A stretch of DNA of 64,000 nucleotides from Malacoraja senta. Taxonomy: Eukaryota. Below, piece by piece: positions 50,390-62,868 of this stretch. The DNA is taken from NCBI GenBank assembly GCA_038087875.1, contig CM075981.1:52824001-52888000 (forward strand), read 5' to 3'. Below the pieces are notes generated by a model. That model made no database searches and was not told the DNA's origin. It saw only the letters and a program-made list of their open reading frames with translations. The stretch's first letter is position 1. Every line of letters starts with the position of its first letter. The translations under genes were made by a program, and so were the position numbers.

Positions 50390-52030
50390 CATTGGTATTG
50401 ATTTATTATTGTCATGTATGCCAAGATACAGTGGAAACCTTTATTTTAAGTGCCATCAGGCAAATCAAATCGTACACGAATACAACATGTAGTATAAAAA
50501 GAGGAAGGAACAAAATAAAGTGTTACAGCTACAGAGAAAGTGCAGATAAAAATAAGTTCAAGGGTAGCCATGAGATAAATTGGGAGAACTGACATACTTA
50601 TGAGAGATCCGTTCAAATCTAATAACACCGGGGAATATGCTGTTCTTGAATCTGGTGATACTGTTTTAAATCCTTTGTACCTTTTGACTGACAGGGTGGG
50701 GAGAAGCGAGAATGATCAGAGTGCGCGTGGTCTTTGTTTATGTTGGCTGCTTCCCTGAGGCAGCATGGTGTAGATGGGAAGAGTGGTTTGTGTAATGGAC
50801 TGGGCTGCCTTCATAACTACAGTTTATTGTGGTCTTGAGCAGAGCAGTTGCCAAATCAAGCAGTGATGCTTTCTACAGGGCATCTATAGAAATTGGTAAG
50901 AGTCATTGGAGACATGCCAGATGTCCTTATGCCCCTTATGGCGGTGTAGCAGGAAGTTGGGACCGCGCGTGGACCGCCAGAGTGCGCATGGCCCGCGGGG
51001 TCAGTCCCACGCAGATCGCCGGAACCGTATGTAGTTGGTCCCGACACCGCACGGTGCTCAGAAAAACTGACACTGTCCAAAAATGTCGGCCTGCCGCCCA
51101 TCCGCCGCCTGTACGCCGCGAGCACCGCCTGTACGCCGCGAGCCGTCTCGACGTCATCGCGTAGCGTTGCGCGATGACGTCATCACCCGACACCGCGCGA
51201 CGTCCATTCGCAGTTGGCCCGTGGGACAGGCCGTGCGGTGATCACCCAGCATACGCGCGGCAACAGCTTCCGGTAAGGTTGAACTTGCCGCATGCTCGTG
51301 GGACGCATCCGCGCGGCGCTCCTGCGGCATACGCGCGGCGCTCCCGCGGTAGCCGCGTGGTCCCCGCTTCCGGGGATGCCGCGCTTCACCGCCAGTAACC
51401 GCCTGCCCATGGGACAGGCCATTAGTCTTCGGAGAAATCCGAGGTTTTGGTGCATTTTCTCCGCCATAGCCTCAATGTGGTTGGACCACAACTAATTGTT
51501 GGTGGTATTTATGTCCAGGAACTTGCAGTTCTCGACCATCTCCATTTCATCACCATTAATGCAAACCGGGGCATGGAGACCATGTGGTTTCCTCAAGCTC
51601 ATGACAAGCTTTTTTCTTTTGCTGACATTGAGGGAGAGGTTGTCTTGACACCATGCTACTAAATTCCGAATCTCCTTCCCATACTCATTGTTCAACTTCT
51701 GCACATTAAGTTGGTGTCAACTACAAACTTGTAAAAGCAGTTGGTGAAGAATGAGGCACAGTAGTGTATAGGGAGTATAGTCGGTGGTTGAGAGTGCAGC
51801 TGTGGGGGGCACAGTTGTTGAGAGTTATTGTGGAGGCTATTTGGTCGCCTCTCCTTGGTGATTGTGGTCTGTGGGTTAGGAAGTCATGGATTCAGTCACA
51901 GAGGGTGTTGCTGAGTGCTAGTTCCAGGAGTTTGGGGATGAGTTTGGGTGGAATTATGTTGTAGGCTGAGCTTAATAGATAGTATTTTGACATGGCTGTT
52001 CTGAATATCTTGATGTTCCAAGGATGAGTG
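50390..52030 (-). mobile_element. Rex1/Babar LINE fragment interrupted by a MITE
   Basis: SAYNIIPPKLIPKL, WCQDNLSLNVSK, INGDEMEMVENCKFL and LTNFYRCPIES. Confidence 0.8.
50930..51421. mobile_element. GC/CpG-rich Harbinger-like MITE
   Basis: TTA TSD at 50927-50929 and 51422-51424. The right end gggacaggcca resembles the TIR at 40823. The left TIR is degenerate. Confidence 0.65.
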
Positions 52031-54604
52031 TTGGGCCTGCAAAATAGTGTCTGCTTGAACCTGTTCCATGCTGTTGTACCAGAGTTTGGCCTGATGCTTG
52101 GCACCTCTGCCGAAGGACTTGCACCAGTAAATTGCCCATCACTCACTGCAGAGCTGCTGCCTATGAGGACTGCTGTTGAGCAGGCTGGGATAAGCGTGGC
52201 AGCCAGTCAGCGCTTAGATATGGAGCTCCATGCTGAACCCTGGCTGGCATGGTAACCATGGACATTGCTGGGAATTGGCTTTTTTAAAAATAGACTGTCT
52301 GGATCTTACAAGCGCTCTAAACCTTTTCCAGGTGTATGATTGAAAGCAGCTTCTCTCCCTCTCTTTGCTTGGCTGCATAAGTGTCAGCAACCCTGCCCAA
52401 AGGTGTTAGGTGGCTATTGAAGCAATCACTGTGGACAAACTTCCATGCTTGGAGAAAGCAGTACAGCGTGCATTCACTGACTTAACCGAGCACTGCTTAG
52501 ATTGCCACCAGCAGACGCTCTCCCTCAACATCTGGTTTGGAGATTCCACTGGGATACTGAGTTTCCATGCAGTGCAGTGTAACAGCAACGGCCAACTACC
52601 CACTCATCCACTCCTCCCTCCAGCACTCCTCCACCAGCACCATCGCATGTTGTACAGGAGGCTATCACATGGCGAATGAACAGTTGCTCAAGGTCAAATG
52701 TCCTGGAAGGCGATCAGAAGAAATGACCTATTGCACTATTTGGAATTTGTTGTGGTGGTTGTAAAACCAATTCCTCTATTTGTCAAAGTACTAATGTGCA
52801 CTTGGTTGCGTGGAGTGTTCTTCAGATTTAACAATTGCTTTTTAAAAATATATATATGTTTAGGTTTGCCCAGGGAAATCACAGTACGAAAATGAAACTA
52901 ATTGGTGCCAAATCTACGAACAACTTTAAAAAAAATGTAAATGCTAATTCACACTTATGAAGGCAAGCTCGCCGCCTAATAGTCATGTTTATCTTTCTTA
53001 GTTTGGTCTGGGCCACTCCTGTCCTCGATGTGTGGCTTCCTATTTACAAAGAAAGAAAACATTAGCCTTTGTTGACATTAACTTTCTGATGGTCATCTTC
53101 TTAATGTTAATAACATAAATAAGAACCCAAATATAGAAATGGGTGTAGGTTGCTTGACTCCTCAAGCCTGCTCCTTTGTTCAATATGATCACGATTGATC
53201 CGATGATTCCCACATAAACTGGTTATTTTATCTTGCTATTTAAAATCAGTTGATCCCTGCCTTGAAGATACTGTACAGAGTGAATGATCCATGGACCTTT
53301 TGAAGTAGAGAATTACAAAAATTTGAAACCTATACATAAAGAAATTTGAATCCTGAATGGCTAGTTCCTTGTATAGACTGTGCACAACCCCACTCACACT
53401 AGATGTTACACTCTCCAGCTAGAGAAAACCACCGTTTGGCATCTATTGCATCCGTTCTCTCATGATTAAAACCTAAATGATTTTGAATTGAAATTTGAAT
53501 TGAAAACATAGGAGTTGTTTTTCACATATTCCAAAAATTTGTAGGAGCACTTTAGATTTTTAAAATTATACTAACTTTTGGTGGATGCTAGACCATTGCG
53601 TTTGTGTGACTATAAATTTGTTGTGGACAAATACGTTTTATTCTTCTGCAGTGTTTATAGGTTTATCTCTGAATATGACAGGAAAATTGAATTGAAAGTT
53701 TGTACTTCTAAATTAACATCTAACGTTGAGTCGAGAATTGTTTTAATGCAGAACCTGGAGACGTTTTGCAACAAAGCTGGTAGAGGTGTATTGTTTTATT
53801 TGGATTGCGATAGTTCAAGATACCGTAAGCCAGTACACCAGCTGCAAGCAAAAACAGAAATCTTATCTGCAAATTGATCGACTAAGCATCGCAGTTGCAG
53901 GACCATTCCAATGCATGATTCTTTGCTGCTTGTCTTTTATCTGAACCTCCACTGTGATTTGAAACATCAAGACCTCGTATTTTTTAACTTGTGAAAGAGT
54001 CGGGCAGTCTGATATTTAACAGTGCAAAGCAGGGCCATGGGTATGTGCACCGTTTTTTCACGTCCCAAATCCAGTTGAAACTGAACCATTTCCCACGTAG
54101 AAAATGCTGCTTTTTTTTAAAAACATGCTACTAAAGAGAGATTAAATTGGCAAGGAATACAATCCAGTGCAGGAGTCAGTGACAGCAGATAGACAGACAA
54201 GAGCACAGCAGGGTGCAAGGATAGGCAATTGGATTAAATTGCATTTATTTCAATGCTAGAGGCCTTTCAGGTAAAGTGGGTGTGGACAGACTGGGACATT
54301 ATATCCATTATGGAAATCTAGCTAAGGGAGGGACAGCATCGGCAGCTCAATATTCGAGGGTTCAGGCCGTACCGTTGAGATAGAGGTGGGGATAAAAAAT
54401 GGTGGGTGAATATTGGGGAACATCATGGCATATCGTCCGAGATAACATTACGAGTGGTTGTCCAATGAGGCTATATGGGTGGAGCTGAGAAAGAAAAGGG
54501 GGATGTTTAAGAAGGAACTGCAGATGCTGGAAAATTGAAGGTGGACAAAAATGCTGGAGAAACTCAGCGGGTGAGGTAGCATCTATGGAGCGAAGGAAAA
54601 AGGT

Positions 54605-54632
54605 GACGTTTCAGGTCGAGACCCTTCTTCAG
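54605..54632 (-). ncRNA. Minimal type I hammerhead ribozyme motif in the PLE tail
   Basis: Minus strand CTGAAGA-A-GGGTC(tc)GACCT-GAAA-C-GTC. Confidence 0.65.
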
Positions 54633-54729
54633 ACTGATGTGGGGGTGGGTGGGGGGGGGCGGGAAGAAGAAAGGAAGAGGCGGAGACCGTAGGCTGTGGG
54701 AGAGCTGGGAAGGGGAGGGGAAAGAGGGA

Positions 54730-55443
54730 CGGCGGCACGCACACCCCCATCCACATTAACGGGACGGAGGTGGAACCCAGCTTCAGGTTCCTGGGGGTCA
54801 ACATCTCCGATGACCTCTCTTGGACCCACAATACCTCAACTCTGGTCAAGAAGGCTCACCAGCATCTCTGCTTCCTGAGGAGACTAAAGAAGGTCCATCT
54901 GTCTCCTCAGATTCTGGTGAACTTCTACCGCTGCACCATCGAGAGCATCCTTACCAACTGTATCACAGTATGGTATGGCAGCTGCTCTGTCTCCGACCGG
55001 AAAGCACTGCAGAGGGTGGTGAAAATTGCCCAACGCGTCACCGGTTCCTCACTCCCCTCCATTGAGTCTGTCCAAAGCAAGCGTTGTCTGCGAAGGGCGC
55101 TCAGCATCGCCAAGGACTGCTCTCACCCCAACCACAGACTGTTTACCCTCCTACCATCCGGGAGGCGCTACGGTTCTCTCCGTTGCCGGACCAGCAGGTC
55201 CAGGAACAGCTTCTTCCCTGTGGCTGTTACACTACTCAACACTGTACCTCGGTGCTGCCAATCACCCCCCCCCCCCCCCCCCCGGACACTCCTCCCACCA
55301 GGAAAAATACTATGATTGTATGCACGTAAATAGATTTATTTATTGCTCATATTTATGTCGCTCTTCTAGGGAGATGCTAACTGCATTTCGTTGTCTCTGT
55401 ACTGTACACTGCACATTGACAATAAAGTTGAATCAGAATCTGA
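54730..55443 (+). mobile_element. Rex1/Babar LINE 3' fragment nested in the Penelope element
   Basis: Open ORF FRFLGVNISDDLSW...FYRCTIESILT...LLPSGRRY...NSFFP, then AATAAA and a gaatcagaatctga tail. Confidence 0.9.
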
Positions 55444-56959
55444 GAAAGCAGGGACTACCTGAAATTGGAGCAGTCAATGTTCATACCGCTGGGGTGTAAA
55501 CTACCCAAGCGAAATATGAGGTGCTGCTCATCCAATTTACGGTGGTCCTCACACTGGCCATGGAGGAGGCCCAGGACAGAAAGGTCGGATTCAGAATGGG
55601 AGGGGGAGTTGAAATGCTGAGCCACCGGGAGATCAGGTTGGTTATTGCGAACTGAGCGGAGGTGTTGTAGAGCAGCTGACACCTAGAGCAGCGGATGCAA
55701 TAGATGAGGTTGGAGGGGGTGCAGGTGAACCTCTGCCGCACCTGGAAAGACTGCTTGGGTCCTTGGATGGAGTCAAGGGGGGAGGTAAAGCAACAAGTGT
55801 AGCATTCCTTGCAGTTGCAAAGGAAAGTACCAGGAGAGGGGGTGGTTTGGGTGGGAAGGGACAAATTGACCAGGGATTACGGAGGGGGCGGTCTCTGTGG
55901 AAAGCCGAAAGGAGGGAAGATGTGGCCAGTGGTGGGATCCCATTGGAGGTGGTGAAAATGTCAGAGGATTATCTGTTGTATGTGATGGCTGGTAGGGTGG
56001 AAGGTGAGGACAAGGGGGACTCTGCCCTTATTGCGAGTGGGGGGATGGGGAGTGAGAGCAGAGTTACGGGGTCTGGAAGAGACCCTCGTGAGAGCCTCAT
56101 CTATAGTAGAAGAGGAGAACCCTCGTTCCCTAAAGAATGAGGACATCTCCGATGCCCTGGTTTGGAACACCACATCCTGGGTGCAGATGCGGCATAGACG
56201 GAGGAATTGGGAGTAGGGGATGGAGTCCTCACAGGAAGCTAGGTGGGAAGAAATGTAGTCCCAATAGCCATGGGAGTCAGTGGGTTTATAGTATAAGAAA
56301 AGGGGGATCACTTTGTTGGGATCATGCTGAATGTTGGCCCCTAAATAGTCGATAAAATTAAATAAATAAATATGACAGGAGATTGTTATCACTGCAATAC
56401 TATTATGGTTGTCATTGTTGGGGATTTTATCTTTCCCAGTAGAGACTTAGATTGCCATAATGCCAAAACCATGGACGGGGTGGAATTTGTCAAGTGTGTT
56501 CAGGAAAATTTCCTCAACAATATGTCGAAGGCCCGACAAGGTATAGAGCATAGTCTAACCTACACTTAGAGAATTGGGCAGGGATTGAAGAGTCAGTCAG
56601 TGAGCAATTTGGGACTGGCAACCACATTTCTATTAGCTTTAAAATAATTTTGGATAAGGACAGAGCTAGGCCTGAAGTTCTAATTTGAGGCAAGGCCTAC
56701 TTTGATTGTGTTAGACAGGAACTTTCAAAAGATAATTGGAGTAGTTTGTGGGTAAAAGAACTTTGAGAAAGTGGGATGCTTTTAAAAGTGTGATATTGAG
56801 AGTTTAAGGTATGCATGTTCTTGTTAGCATGAAGAGCAAGGAGAGAGAAACATAGGGTGGCTGATGGTGTTGACCGGAATGAATAAGTAGGGTGGAAAAA
56901 TCAAGACAGTTAATAACTCACTGGCTGTTTGAGATGTATAGAACCAGAGAGGGAACGTG

Positions 56960-58360
56960 AACACTATAGAACAGGAACAGGCCCGTTGGCTCACATTGTC
57001 TGCATCAAATATAATGTTAAGATAAAGTAATCTCCTACCTGCATGTGATCCAAATCCCTTCATTCCCTGCATGTTCATGTGCCTATAAAAAATACTATTA
57101 TCGTATTTGCTTCTACAAGCATCCTGGCAACACGTTCTAGGCATCCATCACTCTGTAGAAAAAAAACTTGCCCTTTAAGTTTTCCCCTCTCATCTAAAGC
57201 TAATGCCTTCTAGTCTTTGACATTTGTATCCTGGTTGGAAAAGGGGATTGACTGTCCCTGTCTATGCCTTTCATAATTTTATATATTTTCGTCAGGTCTC
57301 CCCTCGGCCTCCAACACTCCAGAGAAAACCTGGTGTTGGAGGCCGAGTGGAGACCTGACAGAAGCCCAACCTCTCCTTATAGCAAATGCCTTCTAATCCA
57401 AGCAGCATTCCGGTAAACCTCTTCCAGACCCTCTCCAAAACTTCCACATCCTTCCTCCAATGGGATGACCAAAACTGCACACAATACTCTAAATGTGGCC
57501 TGACCAAAGTCCTATAAAGCTGCAATGTAACTTTCTTACTCTTCTCCTCAATGTCCTGTGCAGTGAAGGCAAGCTTGCCATTCTGTACTTGTATAGCCCT
57601 TTTCAGGGAGTTGTTAACATGGACCACAAGATCCTTATGTAAATGAATGCTGTTAATGGTTTTGACATTAACTACATACTTTCCCCTTTCATTTAACTTC
57701 CTAAAGGGCATCATCTCACACTTGCTTGAATTAAACTTAATCTTCCATTTCTCTGCAAATTCTGCGACTGATCTATATCCGACTGTAAACTTTGGCAACA
57801 GTCCACACTGTTCTGCAACTCAATCAATTTTGGTGTCATCTGCAAATCTGTAACAAACAACAGAGGGCCAGCACCGATCACTACAGAACTCCACTGGTCA
57901 CAGACCTCCAGCCAGAATCACACCCTTCCACCTCAAACCTCTGTCACTTATGAATAAACTAGTTCTGAATCAGAATAACAAAGTCACCGTGGATCCCACG
58001 CATTTTAATCCTCTGGATCAGCCTATCATGAGGCACTTCATCAAATGCCCTACTAAAATCCATGTAGACAACATCAACTGCCCTACCCACATTTATCAGC
58101 TTTGTCACTTCCTCCAAAAACGCAATCAAGTTCGTAAAACATGACCTGCCTTGAGCAAAACCATGTAGACTGTCCCCGATTAGCACTTTCTCTTCCAAGT
58201 TAGAGTAAATTCTTTTACGAAGAATCGTCTCCAACAGCTTCCCATTCATTAACGTGAGGCTCACCTGCCATAATTTGCCCGATTATCCCAACTTCCATTC
58301 TTAAACAATAGAACAACATGGGCAACTGTCCAGACTCCGGGACCTCACCTGTGGCTAGAA
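56960..58360 (-). mobile_element. Degraded CR1 RT and 3' end
   Basis: HGFAQGRSCFTNL, VYMDFSRAFD and LVRPHLEYCVQFWS on the minus strand. Confidence 0.85.
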
Positions 58361-58805
58361 TGACACAAAGCTGGGTGGCATTGTGAACTGTGAGGAGGAT
58401 GCTATGAGAATGCAGGGTGACTTGGACAAGTTGGGGAAGTGGGCAGATGCATGGCAGATGAAGTTTAATGTGGATAAATGTGAGGTTATCCACTTTGGTA
58501 TCAAAAACAGGAAGGCAGATTACCATCTAAATGGCTTCAATTTGAAAAAAGGGGAAGTAGAACGGGATCTGGGAGTCCTTGTTCATCAGTCTATGAAAGT
58601 AAGCATGCAGGTACAGCAGGCAGTGAAGAAAGTGAATGGCATGTTGGCCTTTATAACAAGAGGAGTCGAGTATAGGAGCAAAGAGGTCCTTCTGCAGTTG
58701 TACAGGGCCCTAGTGAGACCACACCTGGAGTATTGTGTGCAGTTTTGGTCCTCTAATTTGTGGAAGGACATTCTTGCTATTGAGGGAGTGCAGCATAGGT
58801 TTACA
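58360..58805 (+). mobile_element. CR1 RT fragment running into the assembly gap
   Basis: QGDLDKLGKWADAWQMKFNVDKC...LVRPHLEYCVQFWS. Confidence 0.9.
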
Positions 58806-59005
58806 NNNNNNNNNNNNNNNNNNNNNNNNNNNNNNNNNNNNNNNNNNNNNNNNNNNNNNNNNNNNNNNNNNNNNNNNNNNNNNNNNNNNNNNNNNNNNNN
58901 NNNNNNNNNNNNNNNNNNNNNNNNNNNNNNNNNNNNNNNNNNNNNNNNNNNNNNNNNNNNNNNNNNNNNNNNNNNNNNNNNNNNNNNNNNNNNNNNNNNN
59001 NNNNN
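58806..59005. other. Assembly gap (200 N)
   Basis: Run of 200 n characters. Confidence 1.
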
Positions 59006-59874
59006 ACAACAAAGTAATAGTATAGATTTGAGGAGTAATTTTAAAATATAAATACAGAGGGTAATGCACTACCAGAAAAGGTGATAAATCGAATACACCT
59101 ATTCTATTTGAGAGGGATTTAGACAGACCCTTAAATAAGCAAGGCAAAGTAGGATATTGTCCTAATGCAGGCAAATGGGATTACAGTAGATGGGCAAAAA
59201 GATAAGCATGTAATCAATTCTCTGCTATACAACTCTGATTTTGTAGAATGTCACTTAAATAAATCTGCATCTGAAATACAAATGTACTCATGGTAGACTG
59301 CTTCCCACAGCTGGGTAAAGCTTTTTTGGGAACTGTTCAGAATAAATACTTGAGACTTCTCTATCTTAGCTTTTATAAGTAGCTTTCTGATGTTTTTTTG
59401 TAGTCTTGGGTAAGCACAGCCTCCCATTTCCCGTTTTTATTGCCCATTTCTTGATTCCAAATTCTCAAAATTGGAGTTTAAAAAAAATTTAAAACTCACT
59501 TGTTCCAGATCTAGTTGAATAGATTGTGACAGGATGTGGTTTTGCATCTGTGATTCTCCACACAATTACTGCATCATCTCAGCCTGCTATTGAGGGTGGT
59601 TGCCGAGCAGAGGCCAGGTGCTCCAACACAGGAAGATGGGAGTTAGTCACTTAGACACATTTCCAGATATGAAGTGATGTTTAAATAATCCTGCCAGCAA
59701 ACTGCCTGCGTTTTTGATATTGTGAGGCAAACGTGATCCTGGTAGTGTAGTACTCCCTAGTGTAAATGGCTTGGTACGAAGTCGATGAAAGTCATCACAT
59801 TAATCTGGATAGAGGAGGAGGTGTAAAATTAATGGCTACTAAAATGCACAATTATATCAAATAATAATTGTGGG

Positions 59875-61188
59875 GCTGGGGGAGTTATGGCCTGGGCATG
59901 TATGGCTGCTGAAGGTACTGGCTCACTTATCTTCATTGATAATACAACTGATAGTAGTAGCATAATGAATTCTAAAGTGTATAGACACATCTTATCCTTT
60001 AAAAAATAACAATTCCTCCAGTTTGATGACCTCGAAAAGATCATCCACACATTCATCTCCTCCCGCCTAGATTACTGCAACTCCCTCTACACTGGCATCA
60101 GCCAATCTTCCCTGTCCCACCTGCAACTGGTCCAAAACGCCACAGCGAGACTCCTGACGGGCACCCGAAAAAGGGACCACATCACCCCGATCCTGGCCTC
60201 TCTCCACTGGCTCCCTGTGCGGTTCCGTATAAGCTTCAAGATCCTCCTCCATGTCTATAAAGCCCTCAATGGGCTTGCCCCCACCTACATAAAAAGTCTT
60301 CTCACCCACCACTCCACCTCCAGGCCCCTCAGATCGGCCGACGGGGTTGCTGAATATCCCACGATCTAGGCATAAGCTCAGGGGCGACCGCGCCTTTGCG
60401 GTTGCAGCCCCTAGACTGTGGGAACAGCATCCCCTTACCCATCAGAACTGCCCCCTCCATCGACTCTTTTAATTCAAGACTAAAAACTTATCTATACTCC
60501 CCAAGCCTTTCCTGAAGTCCTCTGAGTGAGGGCTACATGTATATTAGTATGTAGTTTGTTTTGTTTATGATATTCTTATAACAAATGTAAAGCACTTTGG
60601 CCAACAAGAGTTGTTTTTTAAATGTACTATATAAATAAAATGTGACTTCACTTGACTTGACTATCTGCACGTACAAACAAATGCCTCAAAACTCATTGGC
60701 CGGCGGTTCATTCTACAGCAAGACAATGATCTCAAATGTATTGCTAAAGCAATAAAGTTTTTCAAAGCTAAAAAATGGTCAATTCTTGAGTGGCCAAGTC
60801 AATCACCCGATCTGAACCCAATTGAGCATGCCTTTTATATGCTGAAGAGAAAACTGGGGGACTAGCCCCCAAAACAAGCATAAGCTGAAGATGGCTGCAA
60901 TACAGGCCTGGCAGAGCATCACCAGAGCAGACACCCAGCAACTGGTGATGTCCATGAATCGCAGACTTCAAGCAGTCATTGCATGCAAAGGATATGCAAC
61001 AAAATACTAAACATGACTACTTTGTATAAACACTTGTAATTTCTACATGGTGAAACCAAAATGTGTAAAAATGACCTTTATTAAAATCTGACAATGTCCA
61101 CTTTTTCTATTACAAATCTCAAATTGTGGAGTACAGAGGCAAATAAATAAATGATGGGTCTTTGTCCCAAACATTATGGAGGCCACTG
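59875..61188 (+). mobile_element. Tc1 3' half with complete right end, interrupted by L2
   Basis: Matches 44120-44790 and ends cattatggaggccactg followed by TA at 61189-61190. Confidence 0.9.
59998..60661 (+). mobile_element. L2-clade LINE 3' fragment
   Basis: LEKIIHTFISSRLDYCNSL...LQLVQNATARLL...HITPILASLHWLPV, then a (gactt)n tail. Confidence 0.9.
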
Positions 61189-61231
61189 TACAATCATCAG
61201 GCTCACAAATTCAACAATACACCTAGAGCAG

Positions 61232-61815
61232 ACATAGAAACATAAAAAATAGGTGCAGGAGGAGGCCCTTCGGCCCTTCAAGCCTGCACCCCCATTCATT
61301 GTGATCATGGCTGATCGTCCCCTATCAATAACCCGTGCCTGCCTTCTCCCCATATCCCTTGACTCCACTAGCCCCTAGAGCTCTATCTAACTCTCTCTTA
61401 AATTCATCCAGTGACTTGGCCTCCACTGCCCTCTGTGGCAGAGAATTCCATAAATTCACAACTCTCTGGGTGAAAACGTTTTTTCTCACCTCAGTCTTAA
61501 ATGACCTCCCCTTTATTCTAAGACTGTGGCCCCTGGTTCTGGACACCCCCACATTGGGAACATTTTTCCTGCATCTAGCTTGTCCAGTCCTTTTATAATT
61601 TTATATGTTTCTATAGGATATCCCCTCATCCTTCTAAACTTCAGTGAATACAAGCCTAGTCTTTTCAATCTTTCCTCATATGACAGTCCCGCCATCCCAG
61701 GGATCAATCTCGTGAACCTACGCTGCACTGCCTCAATCACAAGGATGTCCTTCCTCAAATTAGGAGACCAAAACTGTACACAATACTCCATATGTGGTCT
61801 CACCAGAGCCCTAGA
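61232..61815 (-). mobile_element. CR1 3' fragment
   Basis: RALVRPHMEYCVQFWSP...RTRGHSL...GYGEKAGTGY on the minus strand, with a catagaaacat tail. Confidence 0.92.
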
Positions 61816-62639
61816 CAACCTATGCGTGATGAATTCTGACCCAAAGCACAGTCTGCTAGTCTGAGAGCCACAGTAATGGCGGCCTGGATTCTGTGGTTTG
61901 GGCAGAGCCCAAGCTGTGACTGCTTGCAACAGGGAAATGCATTTTAATGGATCCAATAACTGGCTAGTCATACAGTGGTTTTACTGGTAATATTGGTATT
62001 GCTGAGCAAAATATTATTTTTTGGACTTTACTTTGTTTATTGTGGATTTTGGTTGCATCAATAGCCAAACATATCATATTAATGTGTCAATTTCTGTTCT
62101 TGTTAGCTCCTTGGTAATATCTTAACTTTTTGCCATTGCGTATTACATTTGGGGACACTACGAAATGTTTTCCTGTATAAATATGGATTTTTTAAAAATT
62201 GTTTCCTTAAATGAGAATTATATCCAGTTATTCCAAGATCAAACTAATTATGGTAAACTCTCAAAATCATAGTTAGAGATACTTCAGTATTTTAAAACTA
62301 AAAACAATAAATTGCAAGCTTCTGGCTTTTAACATAACTGCTCAGATTTTAACATTGTCACATTGTAGATTGTCACATTAATTAAATGGACAGTAACTAT
62401 TATAAAAACTTGTTAACCATTCTTCATGCAATGTAACCATGAGTCCTGTATAGATTGTTATATTTTTGAACTTCATTGTTACTTTGTGCCAAAATACCAA
62501 CGTTGATGTTAAAAATACCTTTGCCATGCCCATACAGTTTTTAGCAAACGACTAGTAAATTTGTGAGCATGTTTTTGTTTCATCTGGCATTTAAGAGCTT
62601 TCACCACATTTTTTGCTATTTTTGATTTATTCTTTATAG

Positions 62640-62868
62640 ATGTCCGCAAGTATTCGATGTTTCACCAAACCAGTGGAATCGTTGGAAAGATCTCTTGAGA
62701 TTAGTCGACACAAGGGGAGAAAGAGAGTGCAGAAAAGGCCAAACTATAAAAATGTGGGTGAAGAAGACGAAGAGGAGAAGGGGATAGAAGAGAAGGAAGA
62801 TGACACTGAAAAGCTGAAAGGTACAGACTCTAGTGCAAAAGGCAACAAGACAAGTGGGGAGACTGAAG
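62640..62868 (+). CDS. CLEC16A: CLEC16A coding exon (exon 11 equivalent), 229 nt
   Basis: ctttatag|ATG TCC...GAA G|gtgagt. Encodes MSASIRCFTKPVESLERSLEISRHKGRKRVQKRPNYKNVGEEDEEEKG...KTSGETE. Confidence 0.95.

Larger units (their letters stand above)
54505..56294 (-). mobile_element. 5'-truncated Penelope-like element (RT thumb, Cys linker, GIY-YIG, tail with hammerhead)
   Basis: YKPTDSHGY...IPYSQFLRL, RVPLVLTFHP, CNCKECYTC, NLIYCIRCSRC and AQHFN...EQHLIFRLGSLHPSGMN. Perfect 14-bp TSD aagaaaagggggat at 54491-54504 and 56295-56308. Confidence 0.93.
54200..56870 (+). mobile_element. Old CR1 endonuclease region interrupted by the Penelope element
   Basis: IYFNARG and EAIWVELRKKRG|ITLLG...VVIVGDF remnants on either side of the PLE TSD. 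Confidence 0.7.

Noticed and set aside
58383-59174. ORFs spanning 58383-59174
   Set aside because: They are translated through the N gap. The junction of opposite-strand CR1s at about 58360 next to the gap may also be an assembly artefact.
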